Source: an uncultured bacterium (lineage in GTDB: Bacteria; Verrucomicrobiota; Verrucomicrobiia; Limisphaerales; UBA8199). Taken from it: a DNA stretch of 64,000 nucleotides. A model generated the notes under the pieces. That model was not told where the DNA came from. It saw only the letters and a list, made by a program, of their open reading frames with translations, and searched no databases. The stretch spans positions 384,001 through 448,000 of the forward strand of contig CAVVMW010000012.1 in the NCBI GenBank assembly GCA_963749495.1. The letters are read 5' to 3'. Position 1 is the stretch's first letter. Each line of letters opens with the position of its first letter. Position numbers and translations under genes: made by a program. Below, in pieces: positions 1 to 9,265 of this stretch.

Positions 1-1152
1 GTGGACCGCAGGATCTGAAATCTGAGATTTGGAATCTGAAATCTGATCCGGGGACTGTGGACTCTGGACTGTGGACTGTGGACTGCCCGTCCTCTCCTCC
101 CTCCGTAGCAGGGCTACTGCGGAGGACGGGCGCAGTAGCTCTGCTACGGAGGGTGGATGGACCGTGGACTCGATGACGAACCCGCCGTCCTGGGTGCGGG
201 CATGGATGCCGTAGCGGTCGCGCAATCCCCTGGCCACCAACTCCCGCAGGTAACCCTCGCGCGTGAAGGGGGCGGGCGGATCGAAGACCGGGTAGTGCAG
301 CTTATTGAACTCGATTTCGAGGTTGCACTTCTCGGCCACTTCGAGCGTATTGGTGATCGCTGCGGGAATCTCGGCGAAGCGGTCCTTCATCTCCTGGGCT
401 GAGCGCAGGTAGAACTGCTGCTGGGCGTAGCGCAGGCGCTTGGTGTCGGTCAGCAGGGCCTGCGTGCCGATGCAGATCAGGCAGTCGTGCGCGTGCCAGT
501 GGGCCTGTTCGACGTAGTGGACGTCGTTGGTGGCCACCAGCTTGAGGCCGAACTCGGCCGCCAATTCGATGAGGTGCCGATTCACCTTGGCCTGCTCGGG
601 CAGGCCATGGTGCTGGAGTTCGAGGTAGAAATTCTCCGCGCCCAGCGTTTGCTTGAACCAGTCAACCGTCTCGCGCGCCTTGGACAACTGGTCCTTGAGA
701 ATCCACTCGGGGATTTCGCTGGCCAGGCAGCCCGAGAGGGCGATGAGCCCCTCTTTGTGGGCGGCCAGGAGTTCCTTGTCGATGCGCGGCTTGTAGTAGT
801 AGCCTTCGATGTGCGCGGCGGTGACCAGGCGGATGAGGTTTTTGTAGCCCGCCTCGTCCTTGGCCAGCAAGACCAGGTGATGATAGACATCGCGGCCGCC
901 GCTGGCCGTCTTTTTCTCGAACCGGCTGCCCGGCGCCACATAGACCTCGCAGCCGATAATCGGCTTGATGCCCTTGTCGAGCGCCGCCTTGTAGAAATCG
1001 ACCGCCCCATAGAGCACCCCGTGGTCGGTGATGGCCAGCGCGGGGAAGTTCAACTCCCGCGCCTTGTCCACCAACCGGTCCAAACGGCAGGCCCCATCGA
1101 GCAGTGAATACTCGGTGTGCAGGTGTAGATGGACGAAGTCCGCATGCGCCAT
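1..1152 (-). CDS. dnaE: DNA polymerase III alpha subunit, 5' part (runs off the window)
   Basis: Manual translation from ATG 1152 gives MAHADFVHLHLHTEYSLLDGACRLD, then TDHG, GCEVY, YYKPRID and ATNDVHY PHP motifs. The frame stays open to position 1. Missing from the ORF track because no stop lies in the window. Confidence 0.95.
   Translation of the reverse strand, partial: MAHADFVHLHLHTEYSLLDGACRLDRLVDKARELNFPALAITDHGVLYGAVDFYKAALDKGIKPIIGCEVYVAPGSRFEKKTASGGRDVYHHLVLLAKDEAGYKNLIRLVTAAHIEGYYYKPRIDKELLAAHKEGLIALSGCLASEIPEWILKDQLSKARETVDWFKQTLGAENFYLELQHHGLPEQAKVNRHLIELAAEFGLKLVATNDVHYVEQAHWHAHDCLICIGTQALLTDTKRLRYAQQQFYLRSAQEMKDRFAEIPAAITNTLEVAEKCNLEIEFNKLHYPVFDPPAPFTREGYLRELVARGLRDRYGIHARTQDGGFVIESTVHPPSVAELLRPSSAVALLRREERTGSPQSTVQSPQSPDQISDSKSQISDPAVH
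12..170. repeat. Heptamer tandem repeats (AAATCTG-like, GTGGACT) plus a nested CTCCGTAGCAG...CTGCTACGGAG palindrome inside dnaE
   Basis: Read directly; translates in frame in dnaE as PPSVAELLRPSSAVALLRREERTGSPQSTVQSPQSPDQISDSKSQISD. Confidence 0.85.
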
Positions 1153-1237
1153 GCCCCTAACTTACCGCCGGGGCGCTCGGCGGGGCAAGCAGGAGATATT
1201 CACAGCGACCGCGGAGGAGAAGCCAACGCGGGGGAAT

Positions 1238-1323
1238 GCCGCGCGCTCCAGATCCCTCGCGAATGCCGCCGTACGTCCCTCCCTCGCGAAGCGTCTGGAG
1301 TGCGGCCCATGCCGCCGCTCTGG
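1238..1323. repeat. REP-like palindromic element
   Basis: GCCGCGCGCTCCAGA...TCTGGAGTGCGGC inverted arms; resembles the element at 25050-25163. Confidence 0.55.
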
Positions 1324-1384
1324 CTTTCATGCCGCGACTTTGTCAACGACCCTGCCGGGAACCCGGCCCATGTAACAAAAGCTC

Positions 1385-1420
1385 TTGCCACAAAATCAAA
1401 CCCGTGTTACACGGGTTTGA
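1385..1420 (+). promoter_or_regulatory. Putative methylase promoter overlapped by a perfect 12-bp inverted repeat operator
   Basis: TTGCCA (1385) N17 TACACG; TCAAACCCGTGT-T-ACACGGGTTTGA at 1396-1420, 2 nt before ATG 1423. Confidence 0.7.
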
Positions 1421-1422
1421 GC

Positions 1423-2514
1423 ATGGCCCGATCATCAACAACTTTTCGCCCAAAGTGGAAACTCGGAAATACCACGGTCATTCGCGTGCCTCACCGGTTC
1501 GCTCCAGCGGTGCTTCAATACGCGCACCAACTGGACGACCAGGCTCCAGCGCTGGAGTTGAAAGAGCCCGCGGTCGCTTACCGAACGGCTGAGGACGTCG
1601 AAATTACGAAGCCTGTTAATGTGGCTTCGGTTCCGCAACGCTCGCCCTTTCGCTACCCAGGCGGCAAGACATGGCTTGTCCCTTATATCCGGTCCTGGCT
1701 CGCGCGCAGCCCGAACCCATTCGGCGTCCTCGTCGAACCGTTCGCCGGTGGCGGCATCATCGGCCTGACCGCTGGTTTTGAAGGACTCGCCGAACACGTC
1801 GTTTTGGTCGAGCGCGACCCCAACGTCGCCGCGGTCTGGCACACAATTCTTGGCGGCCAGGCAAAATGGCTCGCTGACCAAATCCTGAATTTCGACCTGA
1901 CACGCGAGAACGTCACCGCCGTTCTGCGCCGGGAACCAACCAGCCAGCGCGAACGCGCGTTCGCCGTCATCCTCAGGAACCGGGTCCAAAGAGGGGGCAT
2001 CATGGCTGAGGGCGCGGGCCTTGTGAAGACCGGAGAGAACGGCCGCGGCCTGAATTCGCGCTGGTACCCGCAGACGCTCGCCCGGCGCATTCAGGAAATC
2101 GCAGGCGTGCGGGAACGGTTTTCCTTCGTCGAAGGCAACGCGTTTGAAGTTGTCCGCCGCTACTCCGACGAGGAAAGCGCCGCCTTCTTCGTTGACCCTC
2201 CCTACACCGTTGCGTCCAAGCGCCTGTATCTGCATTGGCAGATTGACCACCGTGACCTTTTCGGCCTGCTCGCCAAGGTCAAGGGAGACGCACTCCTCAC
2301 CTACGACAACACTCGCGAGATCGCCGCGCTGGCCTCAGAATTTGATTTCGAGACCCAGGCCGTTGGGAGCAAAGCGGCAACACATGCCAAACTCGACAAG
2401 CTGCTCGTTGGCAGGGCAATTTCGAGCTGGACAAGAGCTCACACTGACGTTACGAATGCCTATGAACGAAACCGAGAAACTCGCCGAACTTCGGAGTCTC
2501 CAAGCCCGCGTTGA
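1423..2514 (+). CDS. Dam-like (D12 class) DNA methyltransferase with N-terminal RHH-like extension
   Basis: SPFRYPGGKTWL, EPFAGGG (SAM binding) and FVDPPY (catalytic). Start moved to ATG 1423. Confidence 0.9.
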   Translation: MARSSTTFRPKWKLGNTTVIRVPHRFAPAVLQYAHQLDDQAPALELKEPAVAYRTAEDVEITKPVNVASVPQRSPFRYPGGKTWLVPYIRSWLARSPNPFGVLVEPFAGGGIIGLTAGFEGLAEHVVLVERDPNVAAVWHTILGGQAKWLADQILNFDLTRENVTAVLRREPTSQRERAFAVILRNRVQRGGIMAEGAGLVKTGENGRGLNSRWYPQTLARRIQEIAGVRERFSFVEGNAFEVVRRYSDEESAAFFVDPPYTVASKRLYLHWQIDHRDLFGLLAKVKGDALLTYDNTREIAALASEFDFETQAVGSKAATHAKLDKLLVGRAISSWTRAHTDVTNAYERNRETRRTSESPSPR

Positions 2515-2776
2515 CGCTGTCCGCCGGGAACTCGGAATCAGTTCGCCGGGCCAGATTCTCTCCCTAAGCCCTCTCGGTACGGATAGCAATGTGGTCGTGG
2601 TCGAGGCCAATGGCTTTGGCGGTGCCACTACCAGCATTGTCGAAGGCAATTACCCGGTAGATTATGTCACCAAATTCGAGAAGTTTTTCGCGAGCGAGAA
2701 GGACGCCGGAGCGGCAGCCGAAGAACTGAGCTTCCGGCGCGCCGCCCCAGGGGACATTCTGGGCACACCAGCGTAG
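2462..2776 (+). CDS. Hypothetical protein (about 104 aa)
   Basis: Protein-like 3' part of ORF 2144-2776 starting MNETEKLAEL; overlaps the methylase 3' end. Confidence 0.55.
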   Translation: MNETEKLAELRSLQARVDAVRRELGISSPGQILSLSPLGTDSNVVVVEANGFGGATTSIVEGNYPVDYVTKFEKFFASEKDAGAAAEELSFRRAAPGDILGTPA

Positions 2777-2782
2777 TGGGGG

Positions 2783-3706
2783 TCATTTGAGGCTGCTGGA
2801 GTACTCCCGCCTGAACTCCTCATAGACGACCCGCAGCACCTTCTGGCGGTCCTCTGGCTCCTCGAACCCGACAACCATCTTCAAGAGGTCCTCCTTGCTG
2901 ATGGACTGCACTTTCATGTCTATCAGGTACTTCTTCACATCCTTCGAGATGTCGTCAATCACAAGGATCACGTTTCCGTCCTGCAGCCGCTCGCTGTCGA
3001 AGTTGCCCTTGAGCTCCGCGTAGATCCTGTCGGCCTCCGACTCGGTGTAAACTCGGAGCTTCTTGACTTGATACACCACGCCAAAATTCGTGGAGAGGTC
3101 AACTCCCTTATCGTGCGCCAACGTCCGGGTGTCTCGGTAAACCTTGCAAGCAAATTTCTCGAGGTGAACCTTGATGACCGCGAAACTGAAAATCTCGAAA
3201 TTCGCCGGGGTTTTGCCAATCTGCTGGCGAATGAGCCCGACGAACTTTTCCTTGTCCTCGGCGTACACAACCCGGGTCGCCGCCGAGCCTAAAAGCGGCA
3301 CCGCACCCAGGCGCTCCTCAATATGGCCTTTAATCCGCCCGGGTATCCACCCACACAGCGACGTCGCGAAGGTAGTGTAGGGCGCGAGCAATTCGTACCT
3401 CAGGTGGCCCACCGATTTCAGTACACTGTAACGGTCCATCCGCGAACCGTAGGCGTCGTAATATTTAGCCCCGACATGCACGTCATGCCCCAAGAACTCC
3501 TTCAACTGCCTAACGGCAGCCTCGTACGCCTTCTTGATTTCAAGGTCGCTGAAAACCCGCTGGCCCTTCCCCACGAACAACTTCAGCAGCCCGAGGGTAA
3601 CCACGGGCATAATCACCTTCGTCTGCGAGTACTTCAGCATGCGGTCAATTTCGCGCCGGCAGAAGGACTCGGTCTCGGATGGTGGAGTTCTCAGGTTGTA
3701 TGCCAT
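2783..3706 (-). CDS. PD-(D/E)xK restriction endonuclease, HaeII-like
   Basis: RTLAHDKGVDLSTNFGVVYQVKK resembles the HaeII-family motif as I recall it (TNAADRGLDMWANFG..IQ.K); lower GC; convergent with the methylase. Confidence 0.65.
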   Translation of the reverse strand: MAYNLRTPPSETESFCRREIDRMLKYSQTKVIMPVVTLGLLKLFVGKGQRVFSDLEIKKAYEAAVRQLKEFLGHDVHVGAKYYDAYGSRMDRYSVLKSVGHLRYELLAPYTTFATSLCGWIPGRIKGHIEERLGAVPLLGSAATRVVYAEDKEKFVGLIRQQIGKTPANFEIFSFAVIKVHLEKFACKVYRDTRTLAHDKGVDLSTNFGVVYQVKKLRVYTESEADRIYAELKGNFDSERLQDGNVILVIDDISKDVKKYLIDMKVQSISKEDLLKMVVGFEEPEDRQKVLRVVYEEFRREYSSSLK

Positions 3707-3846
3707 GAGGGGCGCTCAGTGTTCAGTGGTTTGAAGGGACAAATCTGGCTTTTGTACGGGGCCGAGGAAAGCTCTCGAATCCGCGCCGGGGGAAGCGCGC
3801 TGAAATCAAAGCCATACAACTCACCAGTGCCGTAACGCAAGGGCAT
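3691..3846 (-). pseudogene. N-terminal remnant of a NotI-family restriction endonuclease
   Basis: MPLRYGTGELYGFDF...ICPFK resembles the NotI-family N-terminus with its first CPF; stops after about 50 aa. Confidence 0.55.
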
Positions 3847-3946
3847 GGCCAACCATACCAAGAACCGCTGGCGCACGAAAGCCCGAAAATGGGGACAGCC
3901 ATAACACCAACGTTGACGGACTGGGCTCTCCTGGTAGCATCAGGGG

Positions 3947-4102
3947 GTGAAAGTCCGCGAAGCGATAAAGCTGGTTGAGCGGGACGGCTGGTACCTGCAC
4001 CGGACACGCGGCAGCCACCGGCACTTCACGCACATGGCGAAGCCGGGTATCGTTACCATCGCCGGTCATCCGGGTGTTGACATTCCGAAAGGCACTTTGT
4101 GA
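3947..4102 (+). pseudogene. hicA: HicA toxin, C-terminally truncated
   Basis: VKVREAIKLVERDGWYLHRTRGSHRHFTH...VTIAGHPGVDIPKGTL*; the expected KHAGL tail follows out of frame. Confidence 0.85.
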
Positions 4103-4128
4103 AGCACGCGGGGTTGAGTGACTGATTT

Positions 4129-4344
4129 ATGCGCTACGCGATTGTTGTTGAGAGAGGACCAACCAGCTACGGGGCCTACGTTCCGGATCTTCCGGGATGC
4201 GTGGCTGCCGCCGAAGGCCGAGATGAGGTGCTCCGGCTCATTCGGGAGGCGATCCAGTTCCATTTGGAAGAGATGCGCAAAGCAGGCCTCACGCCGCCGG
4301 AGGCGTCGTCCAGTGCCGAATACGTCGAGGTGGTGGCGGCCTAA
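4129..4344 (+). CDS. hicB: HicB antitoxin
   Basis: MRYAIVVERGPTSYGAYVPDLPGCVAAA...IREAIQFHLE. Confidence 0.9.
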   Translation: MRYAIVVERGPTSYGAYVPDLPGCVAAAEGRDEVLRLIREAIQFHLEEMRKAGLTPPEASSSAEYVEVVAA

Positions 4345-5303
4345 CCCGACTTGCTCCCCGTGCTGGCCTGGGCGGAAGCGCCGGACAAAGTTGTCTCGCA
4401 CCCCTGGGACGGCGTGCGGGGGCAGGGTTCGAATGGTCGGAAGCTTCCGCAAAAATTGGCAAGAACCGGCGAGGCATCGTCGCGGTGCCAGGCCAGGACC
4501 GTCTGGACCGGCGGCAGGCCCGGAGGCAGGGGCCGAAAGACCAGGCCGGGACGTTTGACTTCGCCCAGGCTGGCGGTGGTGGGGGCGATGCCGAAGCCGG
4601 CGGAGATGAGCCACATCTTGGTTTGCACGTCGTGGACGTATTGGACGGGGCGCGGCTTGGCGCCCGCCTTGGCGCACTCGGCAAAGAAGGAGTCGTAGAA
4701 GCCATGCTGGGCGGCCGGGTGGATGAGGACCATCTCTTCATCGTGGAAGTCGCTCCATTTGAGCCGTCGTTTTCTGGCCAGGCGGTGGCCGGCGGGCAGG
4801 GCCAGGGCCTGGGCCATCTCGCCGATGAATTTGTAAGCCAACTCGGGGAAGGGGATGGGCGGCCGGAGCAGGCCGGCATCCAGTTCGCGCGCGTTGAGGC
4901 GGCGCAACTGCTCGGTGCTGGTCAACTCGAAGAGCGAGATCTGGATGCCCGGGAACCGCTGGCGGAAGCGGCGCAGGCTGCCCGCCAGCCACGCGTTGGC
5001 CAGGGGGGTGATCATGCCCACACGCAGCGTGCCGGCCAGGCCGCGGCTGGCCTCGCGCGCCCGCTGCCCGGCATGGACGGAGGCCTCCAGCACCGCCCGC
5101 GCCTCTTCCAGGAAGACCCGCCCCGCATGGGTCAGTTGCACCGAGCGGGTGGTCCGCTCCAAGAGCCGGACGCCCAGCTCGCCCTCGAGGTCCTTGACCT
5201 GCGCGCTCAACGGGGGCTGGGCGATGTGCAGCCTTTGGGCGGCCCCGCGGAAGCTCAGCGCCTCGGCCACCGCCACGAAGTAACGGAGATGTCGCAATTC
5301 CAT
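4341..5303 (-). CDS. LysR family transcriptional regulator
   Basis: MELRHLRYFVAVAEALSFRGAAQRLHIAQPPLS HTH. Confidence 0.95.
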   Translation of the reverse strand: MELRHLRYFVAVAEALSFRGAAQRLHIAQPPLSAQVKDLEGELGVRLLERTTRSVQLTHAGRVFLEEARAVLEASVHAGQRAREASRGLAGTLRVGMITPLANAWLAGSLRRFRQRFPGIQISLFELTSTEQLRRLNARELDAGLLRPPIPFPELAYKFIGEMAQALALPAGHRLARKRRLKWSDFHDEEMVLIHPAAQHGFYDSFFAECAKAGAKPRPVQYVHDVQTKMWLISAGFGIAPTTASLGEVKRPGLVFRPLPPGLPPVQTVLAWHRDDASPVLANFCGSFRPFEPCPRTPSQGCETTLSGASAQASTGSKSG

Positions 5304-5306
5304 GCG

Positions 5307-5329
5307 ATTGATACTATTCGCGTATCAAT
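5307..5329. promoter_or_regulatory. LysR box between lysR and the RND operon
   Basis: ATTGATAC-N7-GTATCAAT palindrome containing T-N11-A. Confidence 0.8.
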
Positions 5330-5385
5330 CTGGAAGCAAACGAGTATTGGCTTTGCGAGGCGGCTTGTGCCCATAATGGGCGCTC

Positions 5386-8300
5386 ATGTGGATCGTTCGT
5401 TTAGCGTTGCGCCGGCCTTACACCTTCGTGGTGGCGTCGCTGGTCCTGCTGCTGCTCACCCCGTTCGTGCTCTTGCGCACCCCGACGGACATCTTCCCCT
5501 CGATCAACATCCCGGTCGTCAGCATCATCTGGAGCTACTCCGGGCTGGACGCCCAGGAGATCGAGCAGCGCATCAACTACAACCAGGAACGCTCGCTCAC
5601 GACCACCGTCAACGACATCGAGCACATCGAGTCCACCGCCTACAACGGCGTGGGGGTCATCAAGGTCTTTTTCCGCGAGGGGACCTCGGTGGATGGCGGC
5701 GTGGCGCAGGTGACGGCGATTGCGCAGACGATGCTGCGCCAGTTGCCGCCGGGCACGACGCCCCCGCTCATCATCCGCTATAGCGCCTCGACCGTGCCGG
5801 TCCTCCAATACAGCATGAGCAGCCCCAAGCTCTCCGAGCAGGAGGTCTTTGACCTGAGCGCCAACCAGGTCCGCGTCGGTCTGGCCACCGTCCAGGGCGC
5901 CTCGATGCCCTGGCCCTACGGCGGCAAGGCCAGATTGGTCGCGGTGGACCTCAACCTGACGGCGCTCAAGGCGAAGAACCTGGCCCCGGTGGACGTGATC
6001 AACGCCATCAACGCGCAGAACCTGATCTTCCCCAGCGGCACGGCCAAAATCGGCGGGAGCGAGTACGCCGTCGAACTCAACACCAGCCCCAAGGCGCTCG
6101 ACGAACTGGGCGAGTTGCCGATCAAGACCGTCAATGGCGCGGTCATCCGCGTGAACGACGTGGCGCAGGTGCGGGACGGCTACATCCCGCAGCAGAACGT
6201 GGTGCGCAACGACGGGGTGCGCGGCGCGCTGCTGAGCATCTACAAGACCGGCAGCGCCTCGACCCTGGACGTGGTCAGCGGCATCAAGAAGGCCCTGCCG
6301 CGCGTGCTGGCCGGGCTGACCTCGGACCTGGTGGTCAAGGAATTCGCCGACCAATCGATCTTCGTGCGGGCGGCCATCTCGGGGGTCATCCGGGAGGGGA
6401 CCATCGCGGCGGCGCTCACGGCCTTGATGATCCTGCTGTTCCTGGGTTCGTGGCGGAGCACGTTGATTATCGCGCTGTCGATCCCGTTGTCGGTCCTGAC
6501 CTCGATAGCTGTCCTGAGCGCGCTGCACGAGACGATCAACCTGATGACCCTGGGCGGCCTGGCCCTGGCGGTGGGCATCCTGGTGGACGACGCCACGGTG
6601 GCCATCGAGAACATCCACCGCCACATGGCCTCGGGAAAGCCGCTGGACGACGCCATCCTGGACGGCTCCCAGGAGATAGCGATGCCGGCGTTTGTCTCGA
6701 CGCTCTGCATCTGCATCGTGTTCGTGCCGATGTTCTTCCTCACGGGCGTGGCGCACTACCTGTTCGTGCCGCTGGCCGAGGCGGTGGTGTTCGCGATGCT
6801 GGCCAGCTACGTGCTCTCGCGGACGCTGGTGCCCACGCTGGTCATGTGGTTCTACCGCCACGCCCGGCTTTATTCAGCGGGAAGTGGGATGGGGCACGCC
6901 ACGCTACCCCTCACCCCGGCCCTCTCCCCATCGGATGGGGAGAGGGAGAAGACACCTCAGCGCGCGATCTCTCCTGCGCCATGCACGCCGGAGCATCACG
7001 CCCCCGAGCAAGCCACCGGAGCAACCTGGCGGCATCCGCTGGCGGCACTGCAGGCCGCGTTCCAGAGCGGCTTCGAACGGTTCCGCGCCGGCTATGGCGT
7101 CCTGCTGGGAGCGGCCCTGGAGCGGCGCGGGAAGTTCGCAGCGGTGTTCCTGGCCTTCTGCCTGGGCTCGCTGTTGCTGGTGCCGCAATTGGGCCAGGAC
7201 TTTTTCCCGAACGGTGGATGCGGGCCAATTCCGGCTGCACGTGCGGACCCGCAGCGGCACCCGCATCGAGGAGATGGCCATGCTGACCGATGAGGTCGAG
7301 CGGGTCGTCCGCCAGGAGATCCCCGCCGAGGAGGTCCGCGGCCTGATGGACAACGTCGGCATCCCCGCTTCGAGCATCAACCTCAGTTACAACGACAGCG
7401 GGCTGTTGGGCACGGGGGACGCGGACATCCTGGTCTCGCTGCGGGCCGAGCACCGGCCCACGGCCCTCTATGTGGAGCGGCTGCGGGCCCGGCTCAACCG
7501 CGCGTTCCCGGGCATGACCTTTTACTTCCTGCCGGCCGACATCGTCAGCCAGTCGATCAACTTCGGCCTGCCCGCCCCGTTCGACATCCAGGTGGTCGGC
7601 CGCGATCAGACCCGGAACCGGGAAGTGGCCGCGCGGCTGGCCGAACGGATTCGCCGGGTGCCCGGCGCGGTGGACGTGCGGGTGCAACAACCGGCCGACC
7701 TTCCCAAGTTCGAGGTGGCCGTGGACCGCACCAAGGCCTCGGAGATGGGCCTGTTCGAAGTTGACGCAGCCAATGCCTTGCTGCTGAGCCTGAGCGGCAG
7801 CGGCCAGGTCCAGCCGGTCTTCTGGATCGATCCCAAGGTGGGCATTCAGTACCTGGTGGCGGTGCGCGTGCCGCAGTACCAGATCGATTCCCTCTCCACC
7901 CTCGGGGCCATCCCCGTCAATGCCAGCCGGCCGGGACAGGGCGACGCCGCCTTGCTGGCGAACCTGGCCACCGTTACCCGCACCAACGGCCCGGCCGTCA
8001 TTTCGCATTACAACATCATGCCGGTCATCGATGTCTATGGCGGCGTCAGCGGCCGCGACCTGGGCGGCCTGCTGCGCGACCTCAAGCCCCTCATCGCCCA
8101 GGCCGAACGCGAGCTGCCCAAGGGCAGTTTCATCACGCTCCGGGGCCAGGCCGAGACGATGCACTCCAGCTTTGCCGGCCTGGGCATGGGCATGGTCATG
8201 GCCATGGTGCTCATCTACCTGCTGCTGGTCGTCAATTTCCAGAGCTGGCTGGACCCCTTCATCATCATCACCGCCTTGCCCGGCGCCCTGGCCGGCGTGG

Positions 8301-9265
8301 CCTGGGCCTTGCACTTGACGCTCACCACCGTGAGCGTGCCGGCGCTGATGGGGGCGATCATGAGCCTGGGTGTAGCCACAGCCAATTCCGTGCTCGTGGT
8401 CACCTTTGCCCGGAACGGGTTGGGCCAGGGCCTGGACCCGGCCCGCGCCGCCTGGGAGGCCGGTGTCAGCCGCCTCCGCCCCGTCTTGATGACGGCCTCG
8501 GCCATGGTCATCGGGATGTTTCCCATGGCGCTGGCCTTGGGCGAAGGCGGCGAGCAGAATGCGCCCTTGGGCCGCGCCGTCATCGGCGGTCTGATCGTTG
8601 CAACCCTCGCCACGCTCTTCTTCGTCCCGCTCGTCTTCGGTATCCTGCACCGCCATGCCCCGGCTGCGGCGCCCGCCCCCGAGGCCGCGGCCTCGGCCCC
8701 GCCCCTGCAAACGCCTGACGACATCCAAGCCATGAAAGAATGCCTCGGCACGCAATATCAAGCCCGCCGAATCCATCCCGGAGGGATGGAAGAAGGTAGC
8801 CGGGGGTCGAAGCGTAGCGAGACCCCCGGTTCGGCGACGGCGTGCGCCGGCATCCCGGAGGGATGCCAGAGGGCGGCCTGCCCCGGGCGCGTGCGTCTCT
8901 GGCACCCCGTTCCGGGGTGCGGGGTCCCCTTTGCCGCTCACCGGGGGTCGCGGCATCGCCGCGACCCCCGGCTACCTTCTGGCAACCCTCCGGGTTGCCC
9001 CGCGTGTGCGCAGGGGCAGCTCCCCATCCATGACTCCTGCCCCCGTAGCCGTGGCATTGCTTCTGGGAAGTGCCGCAGGCAGCGCGGGCGGGCCGGGGCG
9101 GAAATTAGGAATTCGAAGGTTCGAAGCTCGACTGCCAAATGGGTTTTGGACATTTTTGTTTCCGATTTTGAATTTGTTTCGGATTTCGGATTTGGGATTT
9201 CGGATTTGCGGTTCCGCCGCGGTATGTCCCTTTTGTCCTTGTTCCGTCCTCCAGAGTACCCATGA
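5386..9265 (+). CDS. RND efflux permease (AcrB/NolG-like); one frameshift near 7210; homology ends near 8700
   Basis: ORFs 5386-7293 and 6692-9265 join at FFP/TVDAGQF; GILVDDATVAIENI, ATANSVLVV and RLRPVLMTA motifs. Confidence 0.9.
6907..6948. repeat. CCCCTCACCCCGGCCCTCTCCC...GGGAGAGGG REP element inserted in frame in the RND gene
   Basis: Hairpin CCCTCTCCCCATC/GATGGGGAGAGGG; encodes PLTPALSPSDGERE. Confidence 0.8.
8774..8997. repeat. Long composite palindromic (REPIN-like) element
   Basis: CCCGGAGGG sub-hairpins and arms GAAGGTAGCCGGGGGTCG...CGACCCCCGGCTACCTTC. Confidence 0.8.
9102..9212. repeat. Degenerate heptamer array (GGATTTC-like)
   Basis: TTTCGGATTTCGGATTTGGGATTTCGGATTT; related to 45357-45595. 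Confidence 0.75.
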
